Assembly (NCBI GenBank): GCA_963764625.1
Contig: CAVXTH010000009.1
Coordinates: 256,001 to 320,000 of the forward strand
Reading direction: 5' to 3'
Source: Candidatus Krumholzibacteriota bacterium
GTDB taxonomy: Bacteria > Krumholzibacteriota > Krumholzibacteriia > JAJRXK01
Length of the DNA stretch: 64,000 nucleotides
Shown here: one piece after another, positions 9,353 through 18,321 of the stretch
Layout: every line of letters starts with the position of its first letter
How positions within the stretch are numbered: the first letter of the stretch is position 1
Made by a program: the position numbers and the translations under genes
Notes under the pieces: generated by a model
Seen by the model: only the letters and a program-made list of their open reading frames with translations
Told to the model about the DNA's origin: nothing
Database searches by the model: none

Positions 9353-10279
9353 ATGTCCGAGCGATCGCAAAGCTTTAGTGTCCTGGAGGCCGACGAGGGC
9401 CTTCGGCTGGACCTGTTTCTCACGCGCCATCTGGGGATCTCGCGCCGTGCCGCCCAAAGGTTGGTCGAGGACCAGAGCGTGCGGGTGGAGGGGAAGTGTG
9501 CGTCCAAGGGTCTGGCCCTGAAAGGCGGGTGGAGAGTGGACGTGGCCGCGTATCAGGCCCCTGGCTCCGAGGAGATTCTGCCTTTTGTCGGTGAGGAAGT
9601 AGAGATCCTGGCCGAAGACAGCGGGTGGATTGCAGTGGACAAGCCGGCGGGGATGCCGGTGCACCCTCTGCGGGAGGACGAGAGCACCACCGCTCTGAAC
9701 TTCGTGGCCTCGCGCTTTGCCGGAATCTACGGAGTGGGCGAGGGGGGCTTGCGCAGCGGAGTGGTACACCGCCTGGACGTGGACACCTCGGGGGTTCTCC
9801 TGTTCGCTACCGAGGAGAGGACGTGGAAACATCTACGGGCTGCGTTCAGTGCGCACCGCACCGAGAAGGTGTACCAGGCTCTGGTCAAGGGTCGTTTCGA
9901 GCGGCCGACCAAAGCGCGGCTCGACCTGAGAGTGGCGCAGCATAGCCCCGCGCGTGTCGAGGTCGTGCCGGAGGGACGGGATCAATCGGGGAGCCGGAGG
10001 TGCCTGACCTACCTCGAGCCCCTCGAAGTCTTTCCCTCGGCCACTCTCGTCCAGGCGCGCCCGGTGAGCGGTTTCCTGCACCAGATCCGCGTTTCCCTCG
10101 CCCACCTCGGACATCCCTTGCTGGGAGATGCGATCTACGGAAGCAAGGAAACGCATTACCCACGGCACCTTCTCCACGCGAGTTTGCTGCATCTCGACGA
10201 AATCCTGGTCGAAAGCGCTCTCCCCTCCGATTTTCAGGCAGTGCTGGAGAAGCTCCGCCAGGACACTCCGCGGCCCTGA
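9353..10279 (+). CDS. RluA/RluD family pseudouridine synthase
   Basis: S4-like RLDLFL, DKPAGMPVHP, catalytic VHRLDVDTSG, HQIRV, HPLLGD. Confidence 0.93.
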   Translation: MSERSQSFSVLEADEGLRLDLFLTRHLGISRRAAQRLVEDQSVRVEGKCASKGLALKGGWRVDVAAYQAPGSEEILPFVGEEVEILAEDSGWIAVDKPAGMPVHPLREDESTTALNFVASRFAGIYGVGEGGLRSGVVHRLDVDTSGVLLFATEERTWKHLRAAFSAHRTEKVYQALVKGRFERPTKARLDLRVAQHSPARVEVVPEGRDQSGSRRCLTYLEPLEVFPSATLVQARPVSGFLHQIRVSLAHLGHPLLGDAIYGSKETHYPRHLLHASLLHLDEILVESALPSDFQAVLEKLRQDTPRP

Positions 10280-10361
10280 GCCAAAGGGAACGGGAAAGCG
10301 TTGCGCGCGGGCGACCGGCGTGCCAGTGTGGCCATGGAGTCTTTCCCCGGAGCGTGGTTGC

Positions 10362-11402
10362 ATGTCCAAGAGCGAGGCGCTTGCCGTCGCGGTGGTCGGT
10401 GTGGGACGGATGGGTCACCATCACGCCAGGATCTACCACGAGCTGGACACCGCCCGGCTGGTGGCGGTGGTGGACCGCGACCCGGAACGCGCACAAACCG
10501 TCGCGCGCGAATTCGGCTGTTCCGCGTACTCGAGTCTATCGGAGTTGCTGGACGCGCAAGAGAGTCTGGCCGCGGTGAGCGTGGTGACGCCGACGCACCA
10601 TCATGGCGAGGCGGCGAAGATGCTCTTGCCACGCAAGATCGCTTGTCTCATCGAGAAGCCGCTGGCCGACTCCTCGAGGGAAGCTGGCGTCATCGCCCGG
10701 CTGGCCGCCGAGCATTCCGTGATTTGTCAGGTCGGACACACCGAGCGATTCAATCCCGCGGTTCGTGCGGTGTCGGAGATGAATCTGCGTCCCCGCTTCA
10801 TCGAGATCGACCGGGTGGCGCCCATGAGTTTTCGTTCGGTGGACGTGGGGGTGGTGTTCGACTTGATGATCCACGATCTGGACATCGTATTGATGATGTG
10901 TCCCTCGGCTCTGGTCGAGGTTCGCGCGGTGGGAGTGGGGGTCCTCACCGAGAACGAGGATGTCGCTAACGCGCGATTGATCTTCGAGGACGGCTGCGTG
11001 GCCAATCTGACGGTCTCCAGGCTTGCCCTGAAGACCGAACGCAAGCTGCGCGTGTTCAGTGAATCGGTGTATCTGACCATGGACTTCGCGAAACGTACCG
11101 GCGTCTTGATGTCCATGGTGGATAATCGCGAAGCGCTGGAGTCCGTGCGCGCCAAGCTCCGCCGCGGGGAGGATCTCTCCAGCCTGGACTACATGGCCCT
11201 GGTGAAGATGCAGCCTCTCCAGATGGACGAAGAGGAACCTCTCAAAGCCGAGCTCAGCCACTTCCTCTCCTGCGTGCGCGACGGTCAAAAGCCCAGGGTC
11301 GACGCCGAAGCCGGGCGCGCGGCGGTGGACGTCGCCGAGCGGGTGGTGCAGGCCCTGCGTTCGCACCATTGGGAAGGATTCGACGGTTCCACCCTGGTTT
11401 GA
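10362..11402 (+). CDS. Gfo/Idh/MocA family oxidoreductase
   Basis: GVGRMG Rossmann fold, IEKP, GHTERFNP, DLMIHDLD. Confidence 0.93.
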   Translation: MSKSEALAVAVVGVGRMGHHHARIYHELDTARLVAVVDRDPERAQTVAREFGCSAYSSLSELLDAQESLAAVSVVTPTHHHGEAAKMLLPRKIACLIEKPLADSSREAGVIARLAAEHSVICQVGHTERFNPAVRAVSEMNLRPRFIEIDRVAPMSFRSVDVGVVFDLMIHDLDIVLMMCPSALVEVRAVGVGVLTENEDVANARLIFEDGCVANLTVSRLALKTERKLRVFSESVYLTMDFAKRTGVLMSMVDNREALESVRAKLRRGEDLSSLDYMALVKMQPLQMDEEEPLKAELSHFLSCVRDGQKPRVDAEAGRAAVDVAERVVQALRSHHWEGFDGSTLV

Positions 11403-11453
11403 TCCCCTCCCGCTTTGAGCCGCGGGACCCGTTTCTTCCGCTTCGGGTTCGCG

Positions 11454-11469
11454 TGGCACTGAGATTGCT
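11454..11469 (+). promoter_or_regulatory. sigma54 (-24/-12) promoter upstream of the FliA/WhiG gene
   Basis: TGGCACTGAGATTGCT fits TGGCAC-N5-TTGCW with GG-N10-GC spacing, 34 nt upstream of the ATG. Confidence 0.8.
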
Positions 11470-11502
11470 TGTTCTTGCACAACCTGTCCCCTGGCCAGAG
11501 AA

Positions 11503-12309
11503 ATGTGTGCAAGGACCTTGGAACTACCCGCGAAGGAAATCCGCTTTCGGTCTCAGCCGGCTCCTGGCCCGCGCTCAGAGACTTCGTCCGTCTCCGATGG
11601 CGAAGGACGCGAAGCCCTGGTCAGCGAGTACTCACCCCTCGTTGGTCGCATCGTTCGCAAGATCGCCTGGTGTCTGCCGGCCAAAATCGAAATGGCCGAT
11701 CTGATGGGTGCGGCCTGGTTGGGCCTCCTGGATGCAGCCGCGAAATTCGATCCAGAGAAGAGCCTACGCTTCGAGCCCTATGCGCGCATCCGCATTCAAG
11801 GCGCGATTCAAGACGAGCTGCGCACGCTGGATTGGGTCCCACGTTCGGTACGAAAGCAGCTTTCGGAGATTACCCGTACCTCACGTTTCCTCGAACAGGA
11901 ACTCGGCCGCGCGGCTCGCGAGGAGGAAGTAGCCGAGGCGCTGGGGATGGGGCTGCACGAATACTGGCGCATCACGGAGATCGCCCGCCTAGTCAATCTC
12001 ATGCAAAAGGGTAAATCTGAGGACGCTTGGGCCCATATCTCTCCGGAGTTCACGGAACTCGGTTCAAGTGGCCAGGAGGGCGATACCATCGGGTCGACGG
12101 AGATCAAGAGTCTATGGGAAGCCATCGAGCATGCCCTGCCAGAGCTTCCACCGAACGAACAGACGGTGCTTCGGCTCCACTACTTCGAAGGCAAGAAACT
12201 GAAAGAGATTGGTCAGGTTCTGAGCTTGAGCGAGAGCCGCATATCTCAGGTGCGAACGAAGGCCTTGAAAACTCTGAGGTCCCGCTTTCAGAGCCTGCTC
12301 GAAAGCTGA
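11503..12309 (+). CDS. fliA: FliA/WhiG family (sigma28) RNA polymerase sigma factor
   Basis: GLLDAAAKFDP...FEPYARIRIQGAIQDELRTLDWVPRSVRK; region 4 LKEIGQVLSLSESRISQ. Confidence 0.9.
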   Translation: MCARTLELPAKEIRFRSQPAPGPRSETSSVSDGEGREALVSEYSPLVGRIVRKIAWCLPAKIEMADLMGAAWLGLLDAAAKFDPEKSLRFEPYARIRIQGAIQDELRTLDWVPRSVRKQLSEITRTSRFLEQELGRAAREEEVAEALGMGLHEYWRITEIARLVNLMQKGKSEDAWAHISPEFTELGSSGQEGDTIGSTEIKSLWEAIEHALPELPPNEQTVLRLHYFEGKKLKEIGQVLSLSESRISQVRTKALKTLRSRFQSLLES

Positions 12310-12328
12310 CGCGCGAGCGTGGCTTGGC

Positions 12329-14017
12329 TCAGGTGGGGCGCGTCAGACCCAACTTCCTCATCCGTGAGTACAGCGTGCTCGGATTGAGTTGCAAGCGCTC
12401 GGCTGCGTTGCCCTTTCCCTTGACGCGCCAGTTACAGGCGCGCAGAACGCGGGCGATGTGCTTGCGTTCCGTCTCCTGAAGGCTCTCGACCGAAGCATTA
12501 TTCGCCGCGGAGCTCAACCGCGAGACGAGGACGTAGGGAAGTGAGAGAGTGTTCCCGGAAGAGAAGACCGCGGCGCACTCGATCAGGTTCTCCAGTTCGC
12601 GCACATTCCCCGGCCAGTCATAGGCTATGAAGGACTCCATCAATTCATTGGGCACGGTCAGGACAGCCCTTCCCAGCTTGCGTGAGGTCTTTTCCAGGAA
12701 GTGGTGTACCAGGATCGGGATGTCCTCCCGGCGATTGCGCAGCGGCGGAATCTCGATGGGAAAGACGCTCAGACGGTAATACAGATCGGGACGGAAATCG
12801 CCGGTTCGCATCGCCTCATCCAGGGGTCGATTGGTCGCCGCGATGACGCGCACGTCGACCGTCTGCATCTCGGTGGACCCGATCCGCACGAACTCACCCT
12901 CCTGAAGCACCCGCAGGAGCTTCGCCTGGAGCTCGATGGGAAGATCTCCAATCTCGTCGAGGAAGATCGTCCCACCGTCCGCGAGTTCGAAGAGACCCAG
13001 TTTGCGCTGGATCGCCCCGGTAAAGGCCCCTTTTTCGTGCCCGAAGAGCTCACTCTCGATCAGAGTGGGAGGTAGCGCCCCACAGTCCACTTTCACCATG
13101 AGCCGATCCGCGCGCAGGCTCGAGCGGTGGACGGCTCGCGCGACGAGCTCCTTGCCGGTGCCGGTCTCACCCAGAATGAGAACGGTGGAATGGGTGGGCG
13201 CGACGCGGGAGACGTGATGGTAGATCGTTCGGATCGCCCGATTTCCCCCCACGAGTTCCTGGGAGGCGCGTGCGTGTGCCTCCTGCTCTCGCGCGTAGAG
13301 CGATCCTGCCTTGGAGCGGCTGCGCATCACGGCCAGCTCCTCGAGCGCTTCGAGGTCGGCATCGAACACGAGTTCCGCGGCATAGGAAGCGACGGTGCGA
13401 AAGCGTCCCTCGCTCTCTTTCAAGAGTTCAATCGTCTGCTGTTGCTGCAGAGCGCCGGTAATCAATTGCGAGGCTTTGCCCAGCATCTCGACTTCGACCG
13501 GATGCCAGCGGCGATTGGCGCTGGTGCAGCCGAAGCCCAACGAGCCCATCAGCTCATTCTCCACCGACATGGGGATTGCCACGAACGAGACGAGGCCGAG
13601 AGCCTTGATGAGACGCCGATCGATCGTTGCCTCCTTGGGCATCGAGCGCGTGTTATCCACGACGACCGGCTTCATCTTGTTGTGGAGCTGCATGCCCCAG
13701 GGAAACCATTTGGACTTGAGGTCTCGCAGGAGCTTGGTCCGCGCGGGAGTACTCTCGCCCCAATAGAGGTACCGCAGCACGAGCTTCTGCTTGTCCGGAG
13801 GATAGAGGCACACGAACCCGGCATCACAGCCGAGGGCGAGCGCGATCTTCTTGAGAGCGAATTTGATGGCGTACGGCGTGTCATCCGCGCTGAGGCCCAC
13901 GAACTCGATCGCGGTCTCCAGGAGGAGTCGGTCGAGTCTCGAACTGGCCCCGGCGGGAGGCCCCGATTCCTCACTCCGCGGCATGGCAGGGCTCGAAACG
14001 GGAGATCGGGGATCCAC
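12329..14017 (-). CDS. sigma54-dependent enhancer-binding protein (GAF + AAA+ + HTH, FhlA-like)
   Basis: GETGTGKE, ESELFGHEKGAFTGA, FLDEIG, WPGNVRELEN, C-terminal GAAERL...STLYSRMRKLG; start placed at GTG 14017 after AGAGGA. Confidence 0.93.
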   Translation of the reverse strand: MDPRSPVSSPAMPRSEESGPPAGASSRLDRLLLETAIEFVGLSADDTPYAIKFALKKIALALGCDAGFVCLYPPDKQKLVLRYLYWGESTPARTKLLRDLKSKWFPWGMQLHNKMKPVVVDNTRSMPKEATIDRRLIKALGLVSFVAIPMSVENELMGSLGFGCTSANRRWHPVEVEMLGKASQLITGALQQQQTIELLKESEGRFRTVASYAAELVFDADLEALEELAVMRSRSKAGSLYAREQEAHARASQELVGGNRAIRTIYHHVSRVAPTHSTVLILGETGTGKELVARAVHRSSLRADRLMVKVDCGALPPTLIESELFGHEKGAFTGAIQRKLGLFELADGGTIFLDEIGDLPIELQAKLLRVLQEGEFVRIGSTEMQTVDVRVIAATNRPLDEAMRTGDFRPDLYYRLSVFPIEIPPLRNRREDIPILVHHFLEKTSRKLGRAVLTVPNELMESFIAYDWPGNVRELENLIECAAVFSSGNTLSLPYVLVSRLSSAANNASVESLQETERKHIARVLRACNWRVKGKGNAAERLQLNPSTLYSRMRKLGLTRPT

Positions 14018-14125
14018 TGGTTCCTCTTCTCTGCCTCTGGCCCGGCGAGGGGCACTTAGGACGACCTTCACGGTCGGGCGACGGGCTCGGCCCCAGAAAA
14101 CACCCCACGCCCCCATCCGTAAAGA

Positions 14126-14270
14126 CGAAATATCAACCCTGCATTCGTGCGAAATATCGCCCTTTTCGGGGGTGCGCGATTTTTCCCATCGGCACGTATT
14201 TTCTAACTTATTGAAAATACATGAGATCACTGTATTTCTGAGGACTGGATTCCGTGGCATCCGGCGTGCA
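14126..14270 (+). promoter_or_regulatory. Enhancer repeats + IHF site + sigma54 promoter
   Basis: CGAAATATC at 14126 and 14150, degenerate inverted copy CGATTTTTCC at 14177. TAACTTATTGAAA (14204-14216) is an IHF-like site on the minus strand. TGGCATCCGGCGTGCA (14255-14270) has GG-N10-GC spacing. Confidence 0.75.
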
Positions 14271-14280
14271 GACTAAACGG

Positions 14281-14511
14281 ATGCCCGCCGATTCGTGAGG
14301 GGGAGAAACTCGGCGTTCTGGGTGCCTTAAAGTGCTGGAAGCCTTGAAGTCACACCCTGAAACCGGGTTCTCCCCCTCGAAGTTCTTCCATCGGCCGGGC
14401 AGTTCCGGGAAGGCCGGGCGACGGCCATCGCTGCGTGGAGCAAACCACGGGCCGTATTCCCCTTCAGGTCTCCTCCGCTCGGGGCATCCTCAGATGCCCC
14501 GAGTCTTTTTT
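14281..14511 (+). ncRNA. Candidate sigma54-dependent small RNA (~230 nt)
   Basis: Starts about 12 nt after the -12 box and ends at a strong terminator; 11-bp helix 14297-14307/14368-14378; no convincing ORF inside. Confidence 0.55.
14477..14511 (+). terminator. Rho-independent terminator
   Basis: GCTCGGGGCATC-ctca-GATGCCCCGAGT-CTTTTTT. Confidence 0.85.
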
Positions 14512-14631
14512 GCGCCTCTTTGGCTGGGTCCGAGGATCTAGCGCCTTGACGCGGCCTCCACCGAGTCCATGATGGCACGAGCTCGGGTGAGACACGGGCT
14601 CGGGATGCATTCCGCCGCGCACGAGGTGTTC

Positions 14632-15768
14632 ATGTCGGGAATTTCGTCAACTCTCATGTTGACGGCTGTCGAGGTATTGGACGAGACCGTCGTCATCACC
14701 GATCTCGCGGGTGACATCCGGTACGTGAATGCCGCGTTCGAAACCATCACCGGGTACTCGCGCGACGAGGTGCTGGGACGCAACACGCGCATTCTCAAGA
14801 GCGGTCAACATACCCCCGCATTCTACCAGGAACTCTGGTCCACGATTTCACGCGGTGAAGTGTGGCGGGGCAGAATGATCAATAAGAAGAAGGACGGCAC
14901 GCTCTACGAGGAGAAGGCAACCATCTCGCCGGTACGTGACGAGAAGGGCCGGGTCGCGAGCTTCGTCGCGGTGAAATTCGATCTGAGTCGCGAGCTCCGG
15001 CTCCAGGATGAGCTGCGCCACGCGCAAAAGATGGAAGCGCTGGGACAGATGGCCGAGGGAATCACCCGCGACTTCAACAACATCCTGCAGATCATTCTCG
15101 GGCACGTCTACTTCGCCCAGGAGGGTCTCGATCCTTCCTCGATCCGCTTCGCGGATCTGGAGAAGATTCGCCGGGCGGCCGAATCCGCCGCGGAACTGAC
15201 CGGCCGTCTCATGGCTTTTGGTCGCAGCGAGATCATCCGCTTCGAAGAGCTCTCGCTCAACGAAGTGGTCGGAGATTCCGTTCAGCTTCTGCGCCGCGTG
15301 GTTCGCGAGAATATACGGGTCGAGTTTTCGCCCGGCGAGGCAGTGGAACGCGTGATCGCGGACGCCAATCAGATTCAGCAACTCGTCCTCAATTTGGCGC
15401 TGAACGCCCAGGACGCGATGCCGAAGGGCGGGACCATCGAAGTCAGCACCGGTACTCTTTCGATCGAGAATGCAGATGGGTCTGAACATCGCGCTGGCAA
15501 AGGCGGCCGGCGTGCGTTTCTTCGGGTCAAGGACGATGGAATCGGAATGGACCGGGTGACGCAGGAGCACATTTTCGACCCCTTCTTCACCACCAAGGGC
15601 CTCGGGTTGGGTGTGGGCCTGGGACTCGCCACGGTGTACGGTATCGTGCAACAGCACGGCGGGGAGATCCGGGTACGGAGCGCGTTGGGAGAAGGATCGG
15701 AATTTGAGATTCTCATACCGCTTAGGGAGGAGGGATTCGATGGCGAAAATTCTAGTGGTCGACGATGA
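14632..15768 (+). CDS. PAS-domain sensor histidine kinase with phosphoacceptor His replaced by Arg
   Basis: PAS (YVNAAFETITGYS...KKDG), H-box GITRDFNNIL, N box LALNAQDAM, DDGIGM, FDPFFTTK, GVGLGL; GAGGTG RBS. Confidence 0.9.
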   Translation: MSGISSTLMLTAVEVLDETVVITDLAGDIRYVNAAFETITGYSRDEVLGRNTRILKSGQHTPAFYQELWSTISRGEVWRGRMINKKKDGTLYEEKATISPVRDEKGRVASFVAVKFDLSRELRLQDELRHAQKMEALGQMAEGITRDFNNILQIILGHVYFAQEGLDPSSIRFADLEKIRRAAESAAELTGRLMAFGRSEIIRFEELSLNEVVGDSVQLLRRVVRENIRVEFSPGEAVERVIADANQIQQLVLNLALNAQDAMPKGGTIEVSTGTLSIENADGSEHRAGKGGRRAFLRVKDDGIGMDRVTQEHIFDPFFTTKGLGLGVGLGLATVYGIVQQHGGEIRVRSALGEGSEFEILIPLREEGFDGENSSGRR

Positions 15769-16117
15769 CGAACAGGTGCGCGATGTGTTCAAGCGGACGC
15801 TCGAAGCCCATGGTCACGAAGTGAGGGAAGCAGGCGATGGGCGGTCGGCGATGAGGTCGTACCGAGAGCAACCGGCGGACCTGGTGATTCTGGACATCAT
15901 CATGCCCGAACAGGATGGTCTGGAGACGATTCTCGATCTGAGGCGGGACTTTCCCGAGGCAAAGATCATCGCGATTTCCGGCGGCGGACGGGCCAGTGCT
16001 CAGGGCTACTTGCGGCCGGCGAAAATCTTGGGCGCTGACCGCGCGTATTCCAAGCCGCTGGCACCGAACGAGCTCCTTGCTGCGATCGAACAGCTCTTGA
16101 AAGAGGGCGATCGCTGA
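15740..16117 (+). CDS. Single-domain response regulator (receiver)
   Basis: ILVVDDD, LVILDIIMPEQDG, ISG, KP. Confidence 0.93.
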   Translation: MAKILVVDDDEQVRDVFKRTLEAHGHEVREAGDGRSAMRSYREQPADLVILDIIMPEQDGLETILDLRRDFPEAKIIAISGGGRASAQGYLRPAKILGADRAYSKPLAPNELLAAIEQLLKEGDR

Positions 16118-16158
16118 TCCGCTTCCCCGCGAGTCACACGCCGGCGCGAGTGCCTTGG

Positions 16159-17058
16159 TCAACCCACCAGAGCCGACTCCGGTTCGGTTTCCGGCTTGGG
16201 CTGAGCGCGCAAACTCTCGATCGTCTGCCGCATCCACTGGGCCTGCTCGTAGTGGCGAATCGAGTATTCCGCGATCTCCGCGAAGATCTTCAGGGCCGCC
16301 AGGTCCTCGTCGTCGTAGCGGGCGCCCGAGGTGTGGTTGGCCACGCTCAAGACTCCGGCCACTTCGTCGCGTACGATCAGGGGCGCGATCATCGAGGTGG
16401 AGATGCTGTCCTGCTTGCGCTCGTGTCCGGGGAATTCTTCCGGCGATACCTCGTCGCTCAGCAGAATCGCTTCTTTCTGCCGCGCCACTTTGCCTGAAAT
16501 CCCGCAGCCGAGCTTCTGGCGGGACCCGATCACCTTCTCGAGATTCGGATGGCCGATGGCCGACCTCACTTCGAGCTCCTGAGTGCGCGCATCGAGCAGC
16601 ATGAGCGAAACCCGTTCACTCTCGAAGACGTGCTTGCACATGCTGGTGATTCGATCGAAGACCATCTGCGGATCATTCGTGTCGGCCACGACCTGGCTTA
16701 CGCTGTAGAACGCGACGAGCCGGCTACGATGTCGGCGGCTTGTCTCGGCATTCTTCTCGCGTGCCTGGCGTAGATGGGAACGCAGCGCGAGGATCCGCCT
16801 CTGTTGATAGGTGAGATAGCCCGCGAGTAGGGCGACCATCAAGAAGAGGCCCACCAGAAGGACCACTTCGGTTCCTCCCCACGGCCACTGTCGATGGATG
16901 ATCCCCCGCAGGCTACGCATCGTCATGGCGAGTGCTCCGGTAGTGACCACCGACACCCCGACCAGGAGAAACCACAGCCTCCAGAACTGACGATCGAAGT
17001 AGTTGTCTTCGAATTGCGTAGTGTCTTTCCCGTTTGGAGTATTCAATTGCCTGTCCAT
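16159..17058 (-). CDS. Two-TM membrane protein with a GAF domain and no output domain
   Basis: Two hydrophobic segments, then RVSLMLLD...GCGISGKVA...SMIAPLIVRDEVAGVLSV...YDDEDL. Confidence 0.85.
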   Translation of the reverse strand: MDRQLNTPNGKDTTQFEDNYFDRQFWRLWFLLVGVSVVTTGALAMTMRSLRGIIHRQWPWGGTEVVLLVGLFLMVALLAGYLTYQQRRILALRSHLRQAREKNAETSRRHRSRLVAFYSVSQVVADTNDPQMVFDRITSMCKHVFESERVSLMLLDARTQELEVRSAIGHPNLEKVIGSRQKLGCGISGKVARQKEAILLSDEVSPEEFPGHERKQDSISTSMIAPLIVRDEVAGVLSVANHTSGARYDDEDLAALKIFAEIAEYSIRHYEQAQWMRQTIESLRAQPKPETEPESALVG

Positions 17059-17270
17059 TCTAGTTGAAGAGTGGGAGTCATGCCCCCCGGTGGTGTGATC
17101 AGCTCGAAATGGGCGTGATCACCGCTCGCCAGCTGCTCGTGGTTGCAGCGCTCTACGAACGCCTGCAGCCAATCCACGTCGCGAATCTCCAGAACTCGTC
17201 GCGTGAGAGCTCCTTCTAACCCTTCGGCCAAGAACCGCGGGGTCAGCTCTATCCACTCGTGCTCCGCCAT
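17043..17270 (-). CDS. Small hypothetical protein (75 aa)
   Basis: C-terminal part of the 17043-17552 ORF (MAEHEWIELTPRFL...) looks protein-like and overlaps the GAF gene start; the upstream extension does not. Confidence 0.45.
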   Translation of the reverse strand: MAEHEWIELTPRFLAEGLEGALTRRVLEIRDVDWLQAFVERCNHEQLASGDHAHFELITPPGGMTPTLQLEWTGN

Positions 17271-17359
17271 AGCGATCTTCGATGCGGAGGGCACGGAGAG
17301 CACTCTCGCCGTGGCGAGAGTCGTCCCCCGCATCCAAGGCTCGACTGCCCGCGCGACCC

Positions 17360-17575
17360 CGGACGATTCTTCGAGGAGGCACAGGAGAAGGGCGGCACCG
17401 ACGACCCACCTCAGGGAAGAGCACGAGTTGGAAACGGGACGCAGGGAAGCGAGGCAGGGAGCCTTTGCATCGTGGCCTTGCTCGCCTCTTGGTTGGACCC
17501 GTGACTGGGGATGAAACACCAGCATCTCGCGTGCTCCCCCTGAGGAGGTCATGCGGTGCTGGAAGCCACGATGTC
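17360..17575 (+). ncRNA. Candidate CsrB/RsmZ-like RNA
   Basis: Hairpins with AGGGA(A) loops at 17410-17421, 17440-17451 and 17452-17464, further GGA motifs nearby, and a nested stem 17468-17574; ends approximate. Confidence 0.4.
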
Positions 17576-17721
17576 CTTCATGAAGAGAAATCGGTCAGTG
17601 GATCGAGAACTTGAGAGTTTTTTGGAGAATTTTACCACAAGATCTGGATCTCTTTTGAATGCAAGGCCTTTCCCAACCCGGTCCTTGGCCCTCCGCTCCT
17701 CACTTTCTCCCTCGCGGGGCC

Positions 17722-17764
17722 TTGACAGGGGGGACCGGCGGCCCTAATTATAGGAATAATTCCT
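17722..17764 (+). promoter_or_regulatory. sigma70 promoter with Fur/PerR-type operator
   Basis: TTGACA at 17722, AT-rich -10 region, palindrome AGGAATAATTCCT at 17752-17764 directly upstream of the Fur-family gene. Confidence 0.7.
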
Positions 17765-17781
17765 GAATCGGAAGAATTCCT

Positions 17782-18240
17782 ATGAATGCAAACTCACCCC
17801 AAACTCCGGATCGAGCCTCGCGCCTGCGCGCGGCGGGTCTCAAGCCCACCGCGTCTCGTCTGGCCATCCTGGAGCTTCTCGAAGAGGATCGACGCCATCC
17901 CACGGCCGAAATGCTTCTGGACACCCTCGCGCCCACGATGCCGTCGCTCTCGCTCTCCACCGTCTACGCCAACCTGGAGGCCTTTCTGCAGGCGGGGATG
18001 ATCCGTCGGATTCGAGGCGCCAAGGAGAAGCTGCGGGTCGACGGGACGGTGCAGGATCATGATCACGCGATCTGCCGCAGCTGCGGTGAGGTCTTCGATG
18101 TCCCTCAAACTCTCATCCCGCGGCCTACGACCCCTCCCTTTGCCGGGGAGGAATTCGAATTCGTGGATCTGCATATCGAATATGAAGTGATATGCTCCGC
18201 GTGTCGTGCGCGGCGGAATGGGAACCTTGCCCGAAGCTAA
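17782..18240 (+). CDS. Fur-family regulator, PerR-like
   Basis: GLKPTASRLAILE, HPTAE, SLSTVY, HDHAICRSCG and CSAC Zn site; heads the rubrerythrin operon. Confidence 0.9.
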   Translation: MNANSPQTPDRASRLRAAGLKPTASRLAILELLEEDRRHPTAEMLLDTLAPTMPSLSLSTVYANLEAFLQAGMIRRIRGAKEKLRVDGTVQDHDHAICRSCGEVFDVPQTLIPRPTTPPFAGEEFEFVDLHIEYEVICSACRARRNGNLARS

Positions 18241-18321
18241 AGAGTTTCGTCCACGGGTGCGTGCGCACCCCCAAGTAGGCTCGGATGCTCATGCATCCAC
18301 AATCATGAAGGAGAGTGTTTC

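Noticed and set aside
14274-14294. Possible sigma28 promoter TAAA...GCCGAT
   Set aside because: Spacer is 9 nt, not about 15.
14332-14541. 69-aa ORF inside the sigma54 transcript
   Set aside because: No RBS at the right spacing, unremarkable composition, and it runs through the terminator.
17271-17552. N-terminal extension of the 169-aa minus-strand ORF
   Set aside because: Composition is not protein-like and it overlaps the structured GGA-rich region.
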